From NCBI GenBank assembly GCA_965250285.1, contig OZ252299.1:480001-544000 (forward strand): a stretch of 64,000 bases of DNA. Direction: 5' to 3'. The stretch's first letter is position 1. The number at the start of each line of letters is the position of its first letter. Positions 9,669 to 18,635 of this stretch are shown here, piece by piece. The stretch is from Myxococcota bacterium (GTDB lineage Bacteria; Myxococcota_A; UBA9160; UBA4427). The position numbers were made by a program, and so were the translations under genes. The notes below the pieces were generated by a model that ran no database searches, was not told the DNA's origin, and saw nothing but the letters and a program-made list of their open reading frames with translations.

Positions 9669-10229
9669 GATTCGTCTGCCGTGAACTTCGGTGCGTGCTG
9701 CTGTCGAAAGATTGCGGGAGTGGCACTGCAAGTTGATCGAAGGGCGGGAACTCGAGGCCTCCCGCATGGAGGAGCTGCGCGCCGGATCGTCGTGGCTCTC
9801 GCTGACGTGCAATCTGGGCCTCGGCTGTCTTCGTCGATCTTCGATCTCGGTACTCGCTGGCGCGATTCGAGCGGAAGGCGTCGTTCGAAACGCGATGGTC
9901 GTGTTCATACTTCAGTCTGAGCTCGGATCCGCGTGGTGCGTCCTTGCCTCAGTCGGCGCCGTTCGGTGACCTTCCAGCTTCGTCGAAATGCGTATCGCTG
10001 CCTCTATCTATCCGCAATCCGTGTTCTAGCTCTGTCTCTCGGAAGGGTCGCGGTATCTCTGAGCTGCTTCTTGCGTCGTCTTCAACTTCAACGGCGTCGC
10101 ATGTCGGCGATGACGAGTCCACTCGAGTGAGTGCTTTCTTCCATCAGGAACCCGCGCACCGCTCTTGATGTCGTCTGCGGATGCGGGCTCGGTCTTGCGC
10201 GCACGCGCGGGTGCGCGATCCTCACCCAC

Positions 10230-11162
10230 ATGCTGAAGGTCGTCAAGGACGCTTGCACGGCGGTTCTCGCCGTCTCGTCGGCGTGTGTGATCGCGCAGGC
10301 CTCTCTCGCTCAGGACCGAGCGGATGATGATGGAGAGCTGTCACGCTGGGTGCCCGCCGCCGGCTTCGTCGTCGGTGTGGCGACCAATGGCGTCGATGGC
10401 AATCTGTGGACGACCGACGTGCTCGGGCCCGTGGTCACGCCGCCTCCTCCCACCGAGCCTGTTCTCATCGCCGGTGCACCTGCCGAAGCGGACACGGTGC
10501 TCGTGCTTCCGACGTTCGGCGGTTCCTTCGAGTTGATGACGCCGGGATGGCAGAGGTTGCCTGGAAGCCCGCGGGGCTTCGCGCGCGTCGATCTCTCTTA
10601 TGGCTTTGGTCCGGAGTACGACATCCCGAGTCTGGGAGATCCCGGCGAGTTCAGAATCTCCGGCATTCCCCAGGCGCTCACAGAGGGTCGTGTACTGGGT
10701 CAGGGGGCCACCACGACCGTCCAGAGTGAGTCCCTCGTTCTGGCGGCCGGCGGTGGCATCGCGTTCACCTTCCAGGTCGATGATCGCGCGCTTCGGATCA
10801 AGCCTTCGGTCGAGTACCTGAGACACGACATGCGTGTCACAGGCACGCTGCGACGCGCCGTGCAGGTGTCGGCGCCGTCCCTCGGCCTCGAAGGGTTTCG
10901 CGAGGTCAAGCTCGATGCCACAAACACCAAGATCTATCACTGGATCGGTCCCGGGATCGAGTTCGACTACGACGCGACGCGCGCGGGCGACTTCATCTTC
11001 GCACCCTATCTGGGTCTCAAGGCGTGGGTCGTCACGAACAACGAATCGCTCATCGTCGAAGACTCGAACGAGTTCGGCGAGACGGCGGTCTGGTACGCGC
11101 GCCCGAATCGCTGGGCCTTTGGCGGCACCGTGGGCGTACGCGTGCGCTGGGCGCCCGAGTAA
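10230..11162 (+). CDS. Putative outer membrane beta-barrel protein, unknown function
   Basis: Signal peptide (..AQASLA); alternating amphipathic strands; terminal strand GGTVGVRVRW. Confidence 0.6.
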   Translation: MLKVVKDACTAVLAVSSACVIAQASLAQDRADDDGELSRWVPAAGFVVGVATNGVDGNLWTTDVLGPVVTPPPPTEPVLIAGAPAEADTVLVLPTFGGSFELMTPGWQRLPGSPRGFARVDLSYGFGPEYDIPSLGDPGEFRISGIPQALTEGRVLGQGATTTVQSESLVLAAGGGIAFTFQVDDRALRIKPSVEYLRHDMRVTGTLRRAVQVSAPSLGLEGFREVKLDATNTKIYHWIGPGIEFDYDATRAGDFIFAPYLGLKAWVVTNNESLIVEDSNEFGETAVWYARPNRWAFGGTVGVRVRWAPE

Positions 11163-11169
11163 GTGACGC

Positions 11170-13317
11170 ATGCCTTTGCCCGTCCTGCTGTCGGGTCTGG
11201 CGCTCGCGATTCTGATCGGTCTGACGCTGCTCGTTTCGGGGCAGCCCCTCTTTACGGACGACGCGTGGTTTCATCTCGCCCTCGGTGAGGTGTACGCGAG
11301 CGAAGGGCCCTGGCTCGATCGCGATCCGCTGCTCGCCGTATCGCCCGGCCCGCCGACACCGGCTGCGTGGCTCTTCGATGTGCTGCTTCATGTCGTCCAG
11401 GCTGCGACCGGCTACACCGGGCTGCGCGTTCTTCACGTCTGTACGGTCGGGGCCATCATCGTCGTCGTGTGGCGCGCGTTCCGACGCGCCGCCGAGGATC
11501 GGCTCTATGCGCACGTGGCGACGGCCGCTTTCATCGTCCTCGCTGCGTATCGGTTGATTCAGCTTCGACCGCACCTGTTCACGATGCTCGCGGTACCGAT
11601 CGTCTGTGGGTTCGCGCTGCTGCGCGACCGGCCCCTCACGCGGCGTGAGATCACTGGCCTCGCCGTGCTCTTCGCGGTGTGGGCGAACATGCACGCGGCC
11701 TTCCTCCTGGGGCCGATCCTGCTGGGTGCGGGGGCAGCTGGGCTCTTTCTCACCGCGATCGGGCGCCATGGGCCGACCCGCTCTGCCGACCTGGCCCGAG
11801 CGCGTTCGCTGGCCGTCGCGACGATCGTCGGCGGCCTTGCCACGCTGCTGAATCCCGGTGGCGTGCGACCTCACCTGGCGTTCTTCGTCGCCGGCGAAGA
11901 CACGCCGTCGCTCGGGCGTGTCGCCGACGAGTGGTCGCGGGTCGACTTGCTCGCGTGGCCACCGGTCGATCTGCCGCCGAGCTGGTTGTCGTGGTGCCTC
12001 GTCTGGGTGCTGCTCTTGTCGACGGTCGCCCTCGTTGTGAAGACGGGGCTCGAAGTTCGAAGGCGAATGTCGGGCGATGAAACGACCGATTCGGCTTGTG
12101 ATGCGGCGCTCGTCGCCTTGGCCATCGTGGGCTGCGCATTGCCCTTCGTGGCCGTTCGATTTCTCTGGCTCGGGTTCTTGCCGCTGCTCGCTCTGGGCGA
12201 TGCCCTGCGACGGTCGGGTTGGTTTCTCGAACGATCGGGGTGGAGTGGTCGTTGGGTCGCCGCGCTCGTCGTCGTGGCGAGCGTGCCTGGCTTCGTGACC
12301 GCGGGGCCGTGGCCCATGATCAGCTCGGCCCTTCCGACGAGCTGGGCGGGCTACCGCTTGCCGTACTACCCCGGCAAGTATCACGCGGCGCTCGTGTGGA
12401 CGATGCAGGACGCGCGACTCGAGGGGACGCTCTTTACCGTCTACAACATCGCCGGCTTTGCGGGACGCCAGCTCGCGCCGCGCGTCAAGAACCTGGTCAA
12501 CGGCTCGCTCAACGTTCCGCCCGACGTGATCGAGGCCAACCTGCCGCTGCGCAGGCGGCGAGGGGAGCGTCCGGGCGAGCGCTTCGTCGACCTGCTCGAT
12601 CGGCACGAGATCGATCTGTATATGGGGATCCGCCTGCCGCGCTTCTCGCGTACGGATCGCCCTTGGTTTCACACCACCGCGCATCTCGAGCAGACCGAAG
12701 GGTGGGTCCCCATCTTTCGCAACCTCAACGGCGCTCTCTATCTCCGATCGAACGAACGCAATCGCGAGAATCTGGCCCGCGTCGCGGGGTACTACGCTGC
12801 GCGCTCGATTCCATTCGACCCGGCGACGGGTTTCTCTGTCGAGCGCGTGATCGAAGCCGCCCCTCGGTGGGCCATTGCACATGGCATCGTGCCTCGCGAT
12901 TTCGAAGCGCTGCGCGCGGCGACCGTCGGCTCTGAATCACAGCGGCGATCATTCGCCCGGCATCGCCTGGCGTCGATCTATGCGGCGCTCGGTGCATACG
13001 AACGCGCGCTCGACATCGATCTGCCGGATCTGTCGAAGGCACCCGACCGCGTGCTCGCTCGGCGGCGAGTGGTCTGGTCGTTGCTGCGTCTCGGCCGCTT
13101 CGACGAAGCGGCCGATCAGGCCGAGCTGCTGTTGGCGAGCGCGCAGCCTCAGGATGGCGCGTCGCACATCATCGCTGAGGCCGCGTTGCGTGCGGCCTCG
13201 ATGACCGACGACGAAGAGCGCTCGAGCCTCGTCCGGACGCTCTCGCTCTTGACCGATGCGGAGGTGCCCATGGTGATGCGGGGGGTGCAGGGCCCGTCGC
13301 CCAGGTCGGGCATCTGA
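11170..13317 (+). CDS. Polytopic membrane protein, GT-C glycosyltransferase-like, with C-terminal TPR-like helices
   Basis: DDAWFHLALG in the first loop, RPHLFT, WANMH, LLNP motifs; about 10-12 hydrophobic segments; 7 bp downstream of the barrel gene. Confidence 0.65.
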   Translation: MPLPVLLSGLALAILIGLTLLVSGQPLFTDDAWFHLALGEVYASEGPWLDRDPLLAVSPGPPTPAAWLFDVLLHVVQAATGYTGLRVLHVCTVGAIIVVVWRAFRRAAEDRLYAHVATAAFIVLAAYRLIQLRPHLFTMLAVPIVCGFALLRDRPLTRREITGLAVLFAVWANMHAAFLLGPILLGAGAAGLFLTAIGRHGPTRSADLARARSLAVATIVGGLATLLNPGGVRPHLAFFVAGEDTPSLGRVADEWSRVDLLAWPPVDLPPSWLSWCLVWVLLLSTVALVVKTGLEVRRRMSGDETTDSACDAALVALAIVGCALPFVAVRFLWLGFLPLLALGDALRRSGWFLERSGWSGRWVAALVVVASVPGFVTAGPWPMISSALPTSWAGYRLPYYPGKYHAALVWTMQDARLEGTLFTVYNIAGFAGRQLAPRVKNLVNGSLNVPPDVIEANLPLRRRRGERPGERFVDLLDRHEIDLYMGIRLPRFSRTDRPWFHTTAHLEQTEGWVPIFRNLNGALYLRSNERNRENLARVAGYYAARSIPFDPATGFSVERVIEAAPRWAIAHGIVPRDFEALRAATVGSESQRRSFARHRLASIYAALGAYERALDIDLPDLSKAPDRVLARRRVVWSLLRLGRFDEAADQAELLLASAQPQDGASHIIAEAALRAASMTDDEERSSLVRTLSLLTDAEVPMVMRGVQGPSPRSGI

Positions 13318-13345
13318 GCGTCGAGCCGCGCGTGAAGGCCGCGCG

Positions 13346-13870
13346 TCAGATGTCGCCGAGCTGGGGCTCGGTGAGGTCCTGCATCGGGATGGTGAAGAAG
13401 ACGTCGACGACCTCTTCGCGCACGTCCATCCCGGCCGGAGCGGCGAGCACCGACGCGGGAAAGACGAACCCGGTGCCGGCGATCAGCTTGCCGAGCTTCA
13501 GCGGTCGGACGACCAGCACGTCGCCCGCGACCTCGGCGCTGCGCAGCCACACCGACTCGCCGTCGTCGGGCTCATCGAGATCGTCGAAGACGTCCGTTTC
13601 GTCCTCCGCTTCGGCCATCGCCGAGTCGACGCCGTCGTCGAGCGTGTCTTCGAGCTCGGCCGCTTCTTCATCGGCGAGGGCGGCACGCTCTTCGGCGATC
13701 GCCTCGGCCTCGTCGGCTGCGTCCGCGGCATCGACCGCGACCGGCTCGGGCGCGCCCAGCAGGTCGTCGGCTTCGTCGGTCTGCGCCCAGGCGGCGGTCG
13801 AGACGAGGAGGGCGACGGCGAATGCGATGAGATACGAGGCGCGGCGCTTGCCGGGGATTCGATCGAGCAT
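13346..13870 (-). CDS. Small secreted acidic conserved hypothetical protein
   Basis: Signal peptide (AAWA), D/E-rich linker, C-terminal D.LVVRPL..G...LG hydrophobic hairpin seen in a widespread hypothetical family. Confidence 0.65.
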   Translation of the reverse strand: MLDRIPGKRRASYLIAFAVALLVSTAAWAQTDEADDLLGAPEPVAVDAADAADEAEAIAEERAALADEEAAELEDTLDDGVDSAMAEAEDETDVFDDLDEPDDGESVWLRSAEVAGDVLVVRPLKLGKLIAGTGFVFPASVLAAPAGMDVREEVVDVFFTIPMQDLTEPQLGDI

Positions 13871-13982
13871 GCCGCCAACCTAGCCCATCGCCGGCTTCTC
13901 ATGCACCCTGGAGGGGGCGCGCTCGGTCGACCGCAGCGTGCCACACTGCGTGGGCTCCACACCGAGCAGATCGGGAGGTCAT

Positions 13983-14744
13983 ATGTCGCGACTGCAGGAT
14001 CGCGTGGCGATCGTCACGGGGGCGGCCCAGGGGATCGGGCGCGGGATCGCGCTCGCGTTCGCACGCGAAGGCGCAACGCTCGCGATCTCGGATGTGAAGC
14101 GCGAGGCGCTGGCCGAGGTCGAGAAAGAGCTCGTCGAGCTCGGCGCGCGCGTGCAGACCACGGCCTGCGACGTGTCGACGCGGAGCGATTGTGAGCGCGC
14201 CATCGCCGAGACCGTCGAGGCGTTTGGCGCGCTGCACGTCGTCGTGAACAACGCGGGGTGGTCAAAGTCGACCGTGCCCCTGCTCGAGGTCGACGACGAG
14301 CAGTTCGAGTACACGCTCAAGGTCAATACGCTGGGCACGTTCTGGATGATGCAGGCAGCGCATCCGCACCTCGTTGCCGCGGGGGGCGGCTCGATCATCA
14401 ACTTCGCGAGCGGTTCGGGGACGTCGGGGCTGCCCGGGGAAGGGCCCTACGCCGCTGCCAAGGAGGCGATTCGCGGGCTGTCGCGCGTCGCGGCGAACGA
14501 GTGGGGCCCTCAGGGTGTGCGGGTGAACGTGATTTGTCCGTTCGCCAACTCGCCGGGCATGGTGGGTTGGTCGCAGATCGACCCGAAATCGTACGAGGCG
14601 ATGGTTCGACGCATTCCGCTGCGCCGCGTCGGGGACTGCGAAGACGACATCGGCCGCACGGCGGTCTACCTCGCGAGCGACGACGCGGCGTACGTCACGG
14701 GCCAGACGCTGATGGTCGATGGAGGCATGGGGTCTTTCCGATGA
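13983..14744 (+). CDS. Short-chain dehydrogenase/reductase (SDR)
   Basis: TGAAQGIG, NNAG, YAAAK, VDGG; SD GGAGG. Confidence 0.95.
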   Translation: MSRLQDRVAIVTGAAQGIGRGIALAFAREGATLAISDVKREALAEVEKELVELGARVQTTACDVSTRSDCERAIAETVEAFGALHVVVNNAGWSKSTVPLLEVDDEQFEYTLKVNTLGTFWMMQAAHPHLVAAGGGSIINFASGSGTSGLPGEGPYAAAKEAIRGLSRVAANEWGPQGVRVNVICPFANSPGMVGWSQIDPKSYEAMVRRIPLRRVGDCEDDIGRTAVYLASDDAAYVTGQTLMVDGGMGSFR

Positions 14745-15760
14745 AGGTCTACACGACGGCACCGATGGAGGATGCCCGCGACGCGCGGACGACGTTCCCC
14801 CATCTCGAGGAGATCGGGTACGACGGCGCGTTCAGCTTCGAAGCGAAGCTCGACCCCTTCCTGCCGCTGGCGCTCGCCTCCGAGCACACGAAGACGCTGC
14901 GCCTCGGGACGGCGATTGCGATCGCGTTCGCGCGCAACCCGATGAACCTGGCCAACCTGGCGCACGGGCTGCAGGCGATCTCGGGCGGTCGCTTCATCCT
15001 GGGGCTCGGCTCGCAGGTGCAGCCACACATCGAGAAGCGCTTCAGCATGCCCTGGGGCAAGCCCGCCACGCGCATGCGCGAGATCGTCGTCGCGGTGAAG
15101 TCGATCTTCGACGCGTGGGAAGGCAAGTCGAAGCTCAACCATCGCGGGGAGTACTACCGCCACACGATCATGATCCCGGCCTTCGATCCCGGGCCGAACC
15201 CGTTCGGGCCCCCGCCGATCTTCACGGGGGGCTTCGGGCCGGTCATGACCGCGGTGGCGGGCGAGGTCGCCGACGGCTTCTTCGCGCATCCTTTCAACAG
15301 CCGGAAGTCGCTGCTCGAGAACACGATGCCCGCGCTCGACAAGGGCCTCGCGAAGAGCGGTCGCACGCGCGACGACCTCGAGATCATCTGCGCGACGCTC
15401 ACCGTGACGGCCGATACCGAAGAGGCCTTCGAAGCCTCGAAGCTCGCGGCCCGCAAGCAGCTCGCGTTCTACGGTTCGACGCCGGCGTATCGTCCGACCC
15501 TCGTCTGCCACGGCTGGGAGCAGATCCACGAAGAGCTGAACCAGCTCTCGAAGCAGGGTCGCTGGGACGACATGACCGGGCTCATCGACGACGAAGTGCT
15601 CGAGACGCTGGCGGTCGTCGGGCCTCGAAACGAGATCGCGGCCAAGCTCGAAGCCAGGCTCGAGGGCATCGCCGATGGCGTGTCGATCACGCACAACCGG
15701 GCGCCCGATCCGCAGCAGTGGGCCGACGTCGTGGCCGATCTGCGCGCGCGTCGCCGCTGA
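14741..15760 (+). CDS. LLM-class oxidoreductase, probably F420-dependent (TIGR03617-like)
   Basis: DPFLPLA, GTAIAIAFARNP, GLGSQV..HI..RF, FYGSTPAY; ATGA overlap with the SDR. Confidence 0.88.
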   Translation: MKVYTTAPMEDARDARTTFPHLEEIGYDGAFSFEAKLDPFLPLALASEHTKTLRLGTAIAIAFARNPMNLANLAHGLQAISGGRFILGLGSQVQPHIEKRFSMPWGKPATRMREIVVAVKSIFDAWEGKSKLNHRGEYYRHTIMIPAFDPGPNPFGPPPIFTGGFGPVMTAVAGEVADGFFAHPFNSRKSLLENTMPALDKGLAKSGRTRDDLEIICATLTVTADTEEAFEASKLAARKQLAFYGSTPAYRPTLVCHGWEQIHEELNQLSKQGRWDDMTGLIDDEVLETLAVVGPRNEIAAKLEARLEGIADGVSITHNRAPDPQQWADVVADLRARRR

Positions 15761-15850
15761 GCCGAGGGCGCCGCGGCGTCGGCCTGCGCTTGCGTCGCTG
15801 CTGAGCCGAGGGCGCCGCGAGGCCGATTTGCGCGCGCGTCGCGGCTGAGC
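15733..15850 (+). repeat. Degenerate tandem repeat, 44-bp unit, about 2.7 copies, starting in the last codons of the LLM gene
   Basis: CTGAGC recurs at 15757, 15801, 15845; GGCCGAT at 15733 and 15821; GCTGAGCCGAGGGCGCCGCG present twice. Confidence 0.85.
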
Positions 15851-15870
15851 TCAGCGCGCCTCGACGTCGA

Positions 15871-16551
15871 TCAGCGCGACGATGCGCCGCGCACCAGAAG
15901 CTCGATCAGTTGATGCGCGCGTTGCCGTCTGTCTTCGACGGGCTCGGCGTCGATCGCGAGAAAGCCGAAGAGCGCCGTCATGACGATGCGCGTGAGCTCG
16001 GCGGCATCGACCCCGTCGCCGAGGTCTCCGCGCGCGCGGGCATCGTCGAGTCGGGTGCGCACGAATTCGAACAGCTCGTTGTCGGGCCACTGCGCATCGT
16101 TGGGCTCGCGCACCATGAGGCCGAAGGCCTCTCGCCGCAGCACCGCGTCGGCGCTCTCGAGCAGATCGAAGACGGCATCGACGAGCTGATGCACCGGGTT
16201 GCCGCCGTCCTCTGCGCCGAGCCGTGCGCGCAGGGCGTCGAGCGTCGACTGCTCGGTGCGCGCCTGCAGCTCGAGCAGCACGTCCTCCTTGGTGGGGAAG
16301 TGCGCGTAGAAGGTCGGCCGGGTGACGCCGGCGCGCCGCGCGATCTGCTCGATGCGGGCTCGGACCAGTCCGGCCTCGGAGATCTCGCGCACCGCGGCCT
16401 CAAAGATCAGATCGCGGGTCGCGCGGCGCTGGCGCTCGCGGGTGGGCAGGGGGCGGCCCGGGCCTGCAGACCGCTCGCGCGCCGAACTGGGCGTCTCGTT
16501 GGGTTCCTGCCCCATCTCAGGCCGTCCTTGGCTTTTCGATCGTTTTTTCAC
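15871..16551 (-). CDS. TetR/AcrR family transcriptional regulator
   Basis: HTH IARRAGVTRPTFYAHFPTKEDVL; alternative start ATG 16515. Confidence 0.93.
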   Translation of the reverse strand: MKKRSKSQGRPEMGQEPNETPSSARERSAGPGRPLPTRERQRRATRDLIFEAAVREISEAGLVRARIEQIARRAGVTRPTFYAHFPTKEDVLLELQARTEQSTLDALRARLGAEDGGNPVHQLVDAVFDLLESADAVLRREAFGLMVREPNDAQWPDNELFEFVRTRLDDARARGDLGDGVDAAELTRIVMTALFGFLAIDAEPVEDRRQRAHQLIELLVRGASSR

Positions 16552-16565
16552 TTTACGATCGTAAA
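16552..16565. promoter_or_regulatory. Candidate TetR operator
   Basis: Perfect AT-rich 14-bp palindrome TTTACGATCGTAAA between the divergent tetR and SDR genes. Confidence 0.7.
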
Positions 16566-16640
16566 ATCATACTCCAGACTGATGCGGGTGCACAAGCCCG
16601 TCGCCTGAAGCCGGCATCGGGTCGCAGCGGGAGCCGCAGC

Positions 16641-17441
16641 ATGAGTCGCCTGAGTGAACGCGTCGCCATCGTGACCGGTGCGGGCCAGGGGGTCGGGGAG
16701 GGCGTGGCGCGCGCGCTGGCCGCCGAGGGTGCGGCCGTGGTCGTCGCGAATCGCACGGTCGATCTCGGCGAAGCCGTCGTGGCCGGCATCGAGCGCGACT
16801 TCGGCGGCGTCGGTGCGAAGGCGCTGTACGTCCAGACCGATGTGGCCGACGAAGCGAGCGCGCGGCAGATGGTCGAAGAGACCGTGTCGACCTTCGGCGG
16901 GGTGGACGTGCTCGTGAACAACGCGACGCCCGGCGGTGGTACGGCCCGCATCGAGCGCTTCGATGATGCCGACATCGAACGGCACTTCGATGTCAACTTT
17001 CGGGGCGTGCTCTGGGCGATGCAGGCGGCCTTTCCGCACATGAAGGCGCAGGGGCGGGGGCGGGTGATCACGATGTGCTCGCTCAACGGCATCAACGCCC
17101 ATCAGTACACCGTGGCCTACAACAGCTCGAAGGAGGCGGCGCGCGCGTTGACCCGCACCGCCGCGGTCGAGTGGGGCCGCTATGGCATTACGTGCAACGT
17201 CGTCTGTCCATTCGCGACGGCGCCGTCGTGGGAGATGTTCGTGAAGTTCGATCCGGCTGGGGCCGAGCGCATCGTGCAGGGCAACCCGATCCGCCGCGTC
17301 GGCGACCCCGAGACCGACGTCGGCCCGGTGGTCGTATTTCTCGCGTCCGACGAGTCGAGCTTCGTCACCGGCAACACGATCCACGTCGACGGCGGCGGAC
17401 ACATCAACGGCGTGCCCTGGAAGATGGAGCTGCCCGAGTAG
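16641..17441 (+). CDS. Short-chain dehydrogenase/reductase (SDR)
   Basis: TGAGQGVG, VNNA, YNSSK, VDGG. Confidence 0.95.
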   Translation: MSRLSERVAIVTGAGQGVGEGVARALAAEGAAVVVANRTVDLGEAVVAGIERDFGGVGAKALYVQTDVADEASARQMVEETVSTFGGVDVLVNNATPGGGTARIERFDDADIERHFDVNFRGVLWAMQAAFPHMKAQGRGRVITMCSLNGINAHQYTVAYNSSKEAARALTRTAAVEWGRYGITCNVVCPFATAPSWEMFVKFDPAGAERIVQGNPIRRVGDPETDVGPVVVFLASDESSFVTGNTIHVDGGGHINGVPWKMELPE

Positions 17442-17470
17442 GGCACCCGCCCCGGTCAGAGGAGCCCCCC

Positions 17471-18586
17471 ATGGCCTCGATTGCCCAGTTCCTTCCGTAT
17501 CCCGAGCTGCGGCGTCTGCTGCGCGATCACGCGCCCGACGATCAGCCTCGCTACCAGGCGCGGCTGCGCAGCCGGCTGATCTTCAGCGCGATGCTCGAAC
17601 CGCTGAGGTGGTGGGAGAACGTGCGATACGCCGGCGCGATGCGTCGCGTGCGTTTCGACGAGCAGCCGCCGGTGTTTCTGCTGGGCTTCGGGCGCAGCGG
17701 CACGACGCACCTGCACAACCTGATGTGGCAGGACGACCGCTTCGGTGTCGTCACGAACTATCAGGCGAACATGCAGCCGATCGCGTTGATGGGGCGCGGC
17801 TGGATCCCGGGCCTGCTCGAGAAGCGCATCCCGAAGACGCGGCCCATGGACAACGTCGCGGTCACGCTCGACAGCCCGCAGGAAGAAGAGATGGCCGTCG
17901 TCAACGCGACCGCCGACTCGCCCTTCCACTTCATGAGCTTTCCCCGCGCGCTGCCCGAGATCTACGACCGCTACGTCTGCGACCTCGGCGCGAGGCCCGA
18001 GGCCGGTGAAGGCTGGACGCGCGCGTACATGGACGTCCTCAGGAAGGCATCGATCCTCTCGGGTGGCAAGCGATTGTTGCTCAAGACGCCGCCCAACACG
18101 GGCCGCATCTCGAAGCTGCTCGAGCTCTTTCCCGATGCCCGCTTCGTGCACATCGTGCGCAACCCGTACCGCGTGTTTCCCTCGATGCAGAACATGTACC
18201 GAAAGATCCTGCCCTCCCAGGTGCTGCAGGATTTCGAGTGGGACGACATCGACGCGTGGATCCTGCAGGCCTACGAGCGACTGATGAAGCGATACATCGA
18301 TGAGCGCAAGCTGATCCCCGAAGGCCGGCTCGTCGAGTTCAAGTACGAAGAGCTGGATGAGAAGCCCTTCGACGTCCTCGAGACGGTCTACGGCACGCTC
18401 GGGCTCGGCGACTTCGAGACCGTGCGGCCGCGCATCCAGACGTATCTCGAATCCCTCGGCCAGTACCAGAAGAACGCCTTCGATTACCCGGCCGAGCTCG
18501 TCGAGACCGTGAATGCGCACTGGGGCTTTGCCTTCGACGCGTTCGGGTACGAAAGGCTCGAGCCGGGCGGCGCACCGACCCCCTGA
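17471..18586 (+). CDS. PAPS-dependent sulfotransferase family protein
   Basis: 5'-PSB loop GFGRSGTTHL, LKTPPNT, 3'-PB motif HIVRNPY..FPS; SD GAGGAG. Confidence 0.88.
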   Translation: MASIAQFLPYPELRRLLRDHAPDDQPRYQARLRSRLIFSAMLEPLRWWENVRYAGAMRRVRFDEQPPVFLLGFGRSGTTHLHNLMWQDDRFGVVTNYQANMQPIALMGRGWIPGLLEKRIPKTRPMDNVAVTLDSPQEEEMAVVNATADSPFHFMSFPRALPEIYDRYVCDLGARPEAGEGWTRAYMDVLRKASILSGGKRLLLKTPPNTGRISKLLELFPDARFVHIVRNPYRVFPSMQNMYRKILPSQVLQDFEWDDIDAWILQAYERLMKRYIDERKLIPEGRLVEFKYEELDEKPFDVLETVYGTLGLGDFETVRPRIQTYLESLGQYQKNAFDYPAELVETVNAHWGFAFDAFGYERLEPGGAPTP

Positions 18587-18635
18587 CCCCGGCGCCTATG
18601 CCCCACCCAACCTTCCTTCGAAGCGGAGAAAGACG

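Noticed and set aside
9721..9736. Second sigma54 site (TGGCACTGCAAGTTGA)
   Set aside because: Lacks GC at the GG-N10 position and is about 500 bp from the nearest + strand start
9669..9908. 80-aa N-terminal extension of the TonB receptor ORF
   Set aside because: A clear signal peptide begins at ATG 9668; the extension looks non-coding
9669..10229. Cobalamin or other riboswitch, or ncRNA, upstream of the TonB receptor
   Set aside because: No recognisable B12-box or other conserved aptamer motifs by eye; an Rfam/Infernal scan would be needed
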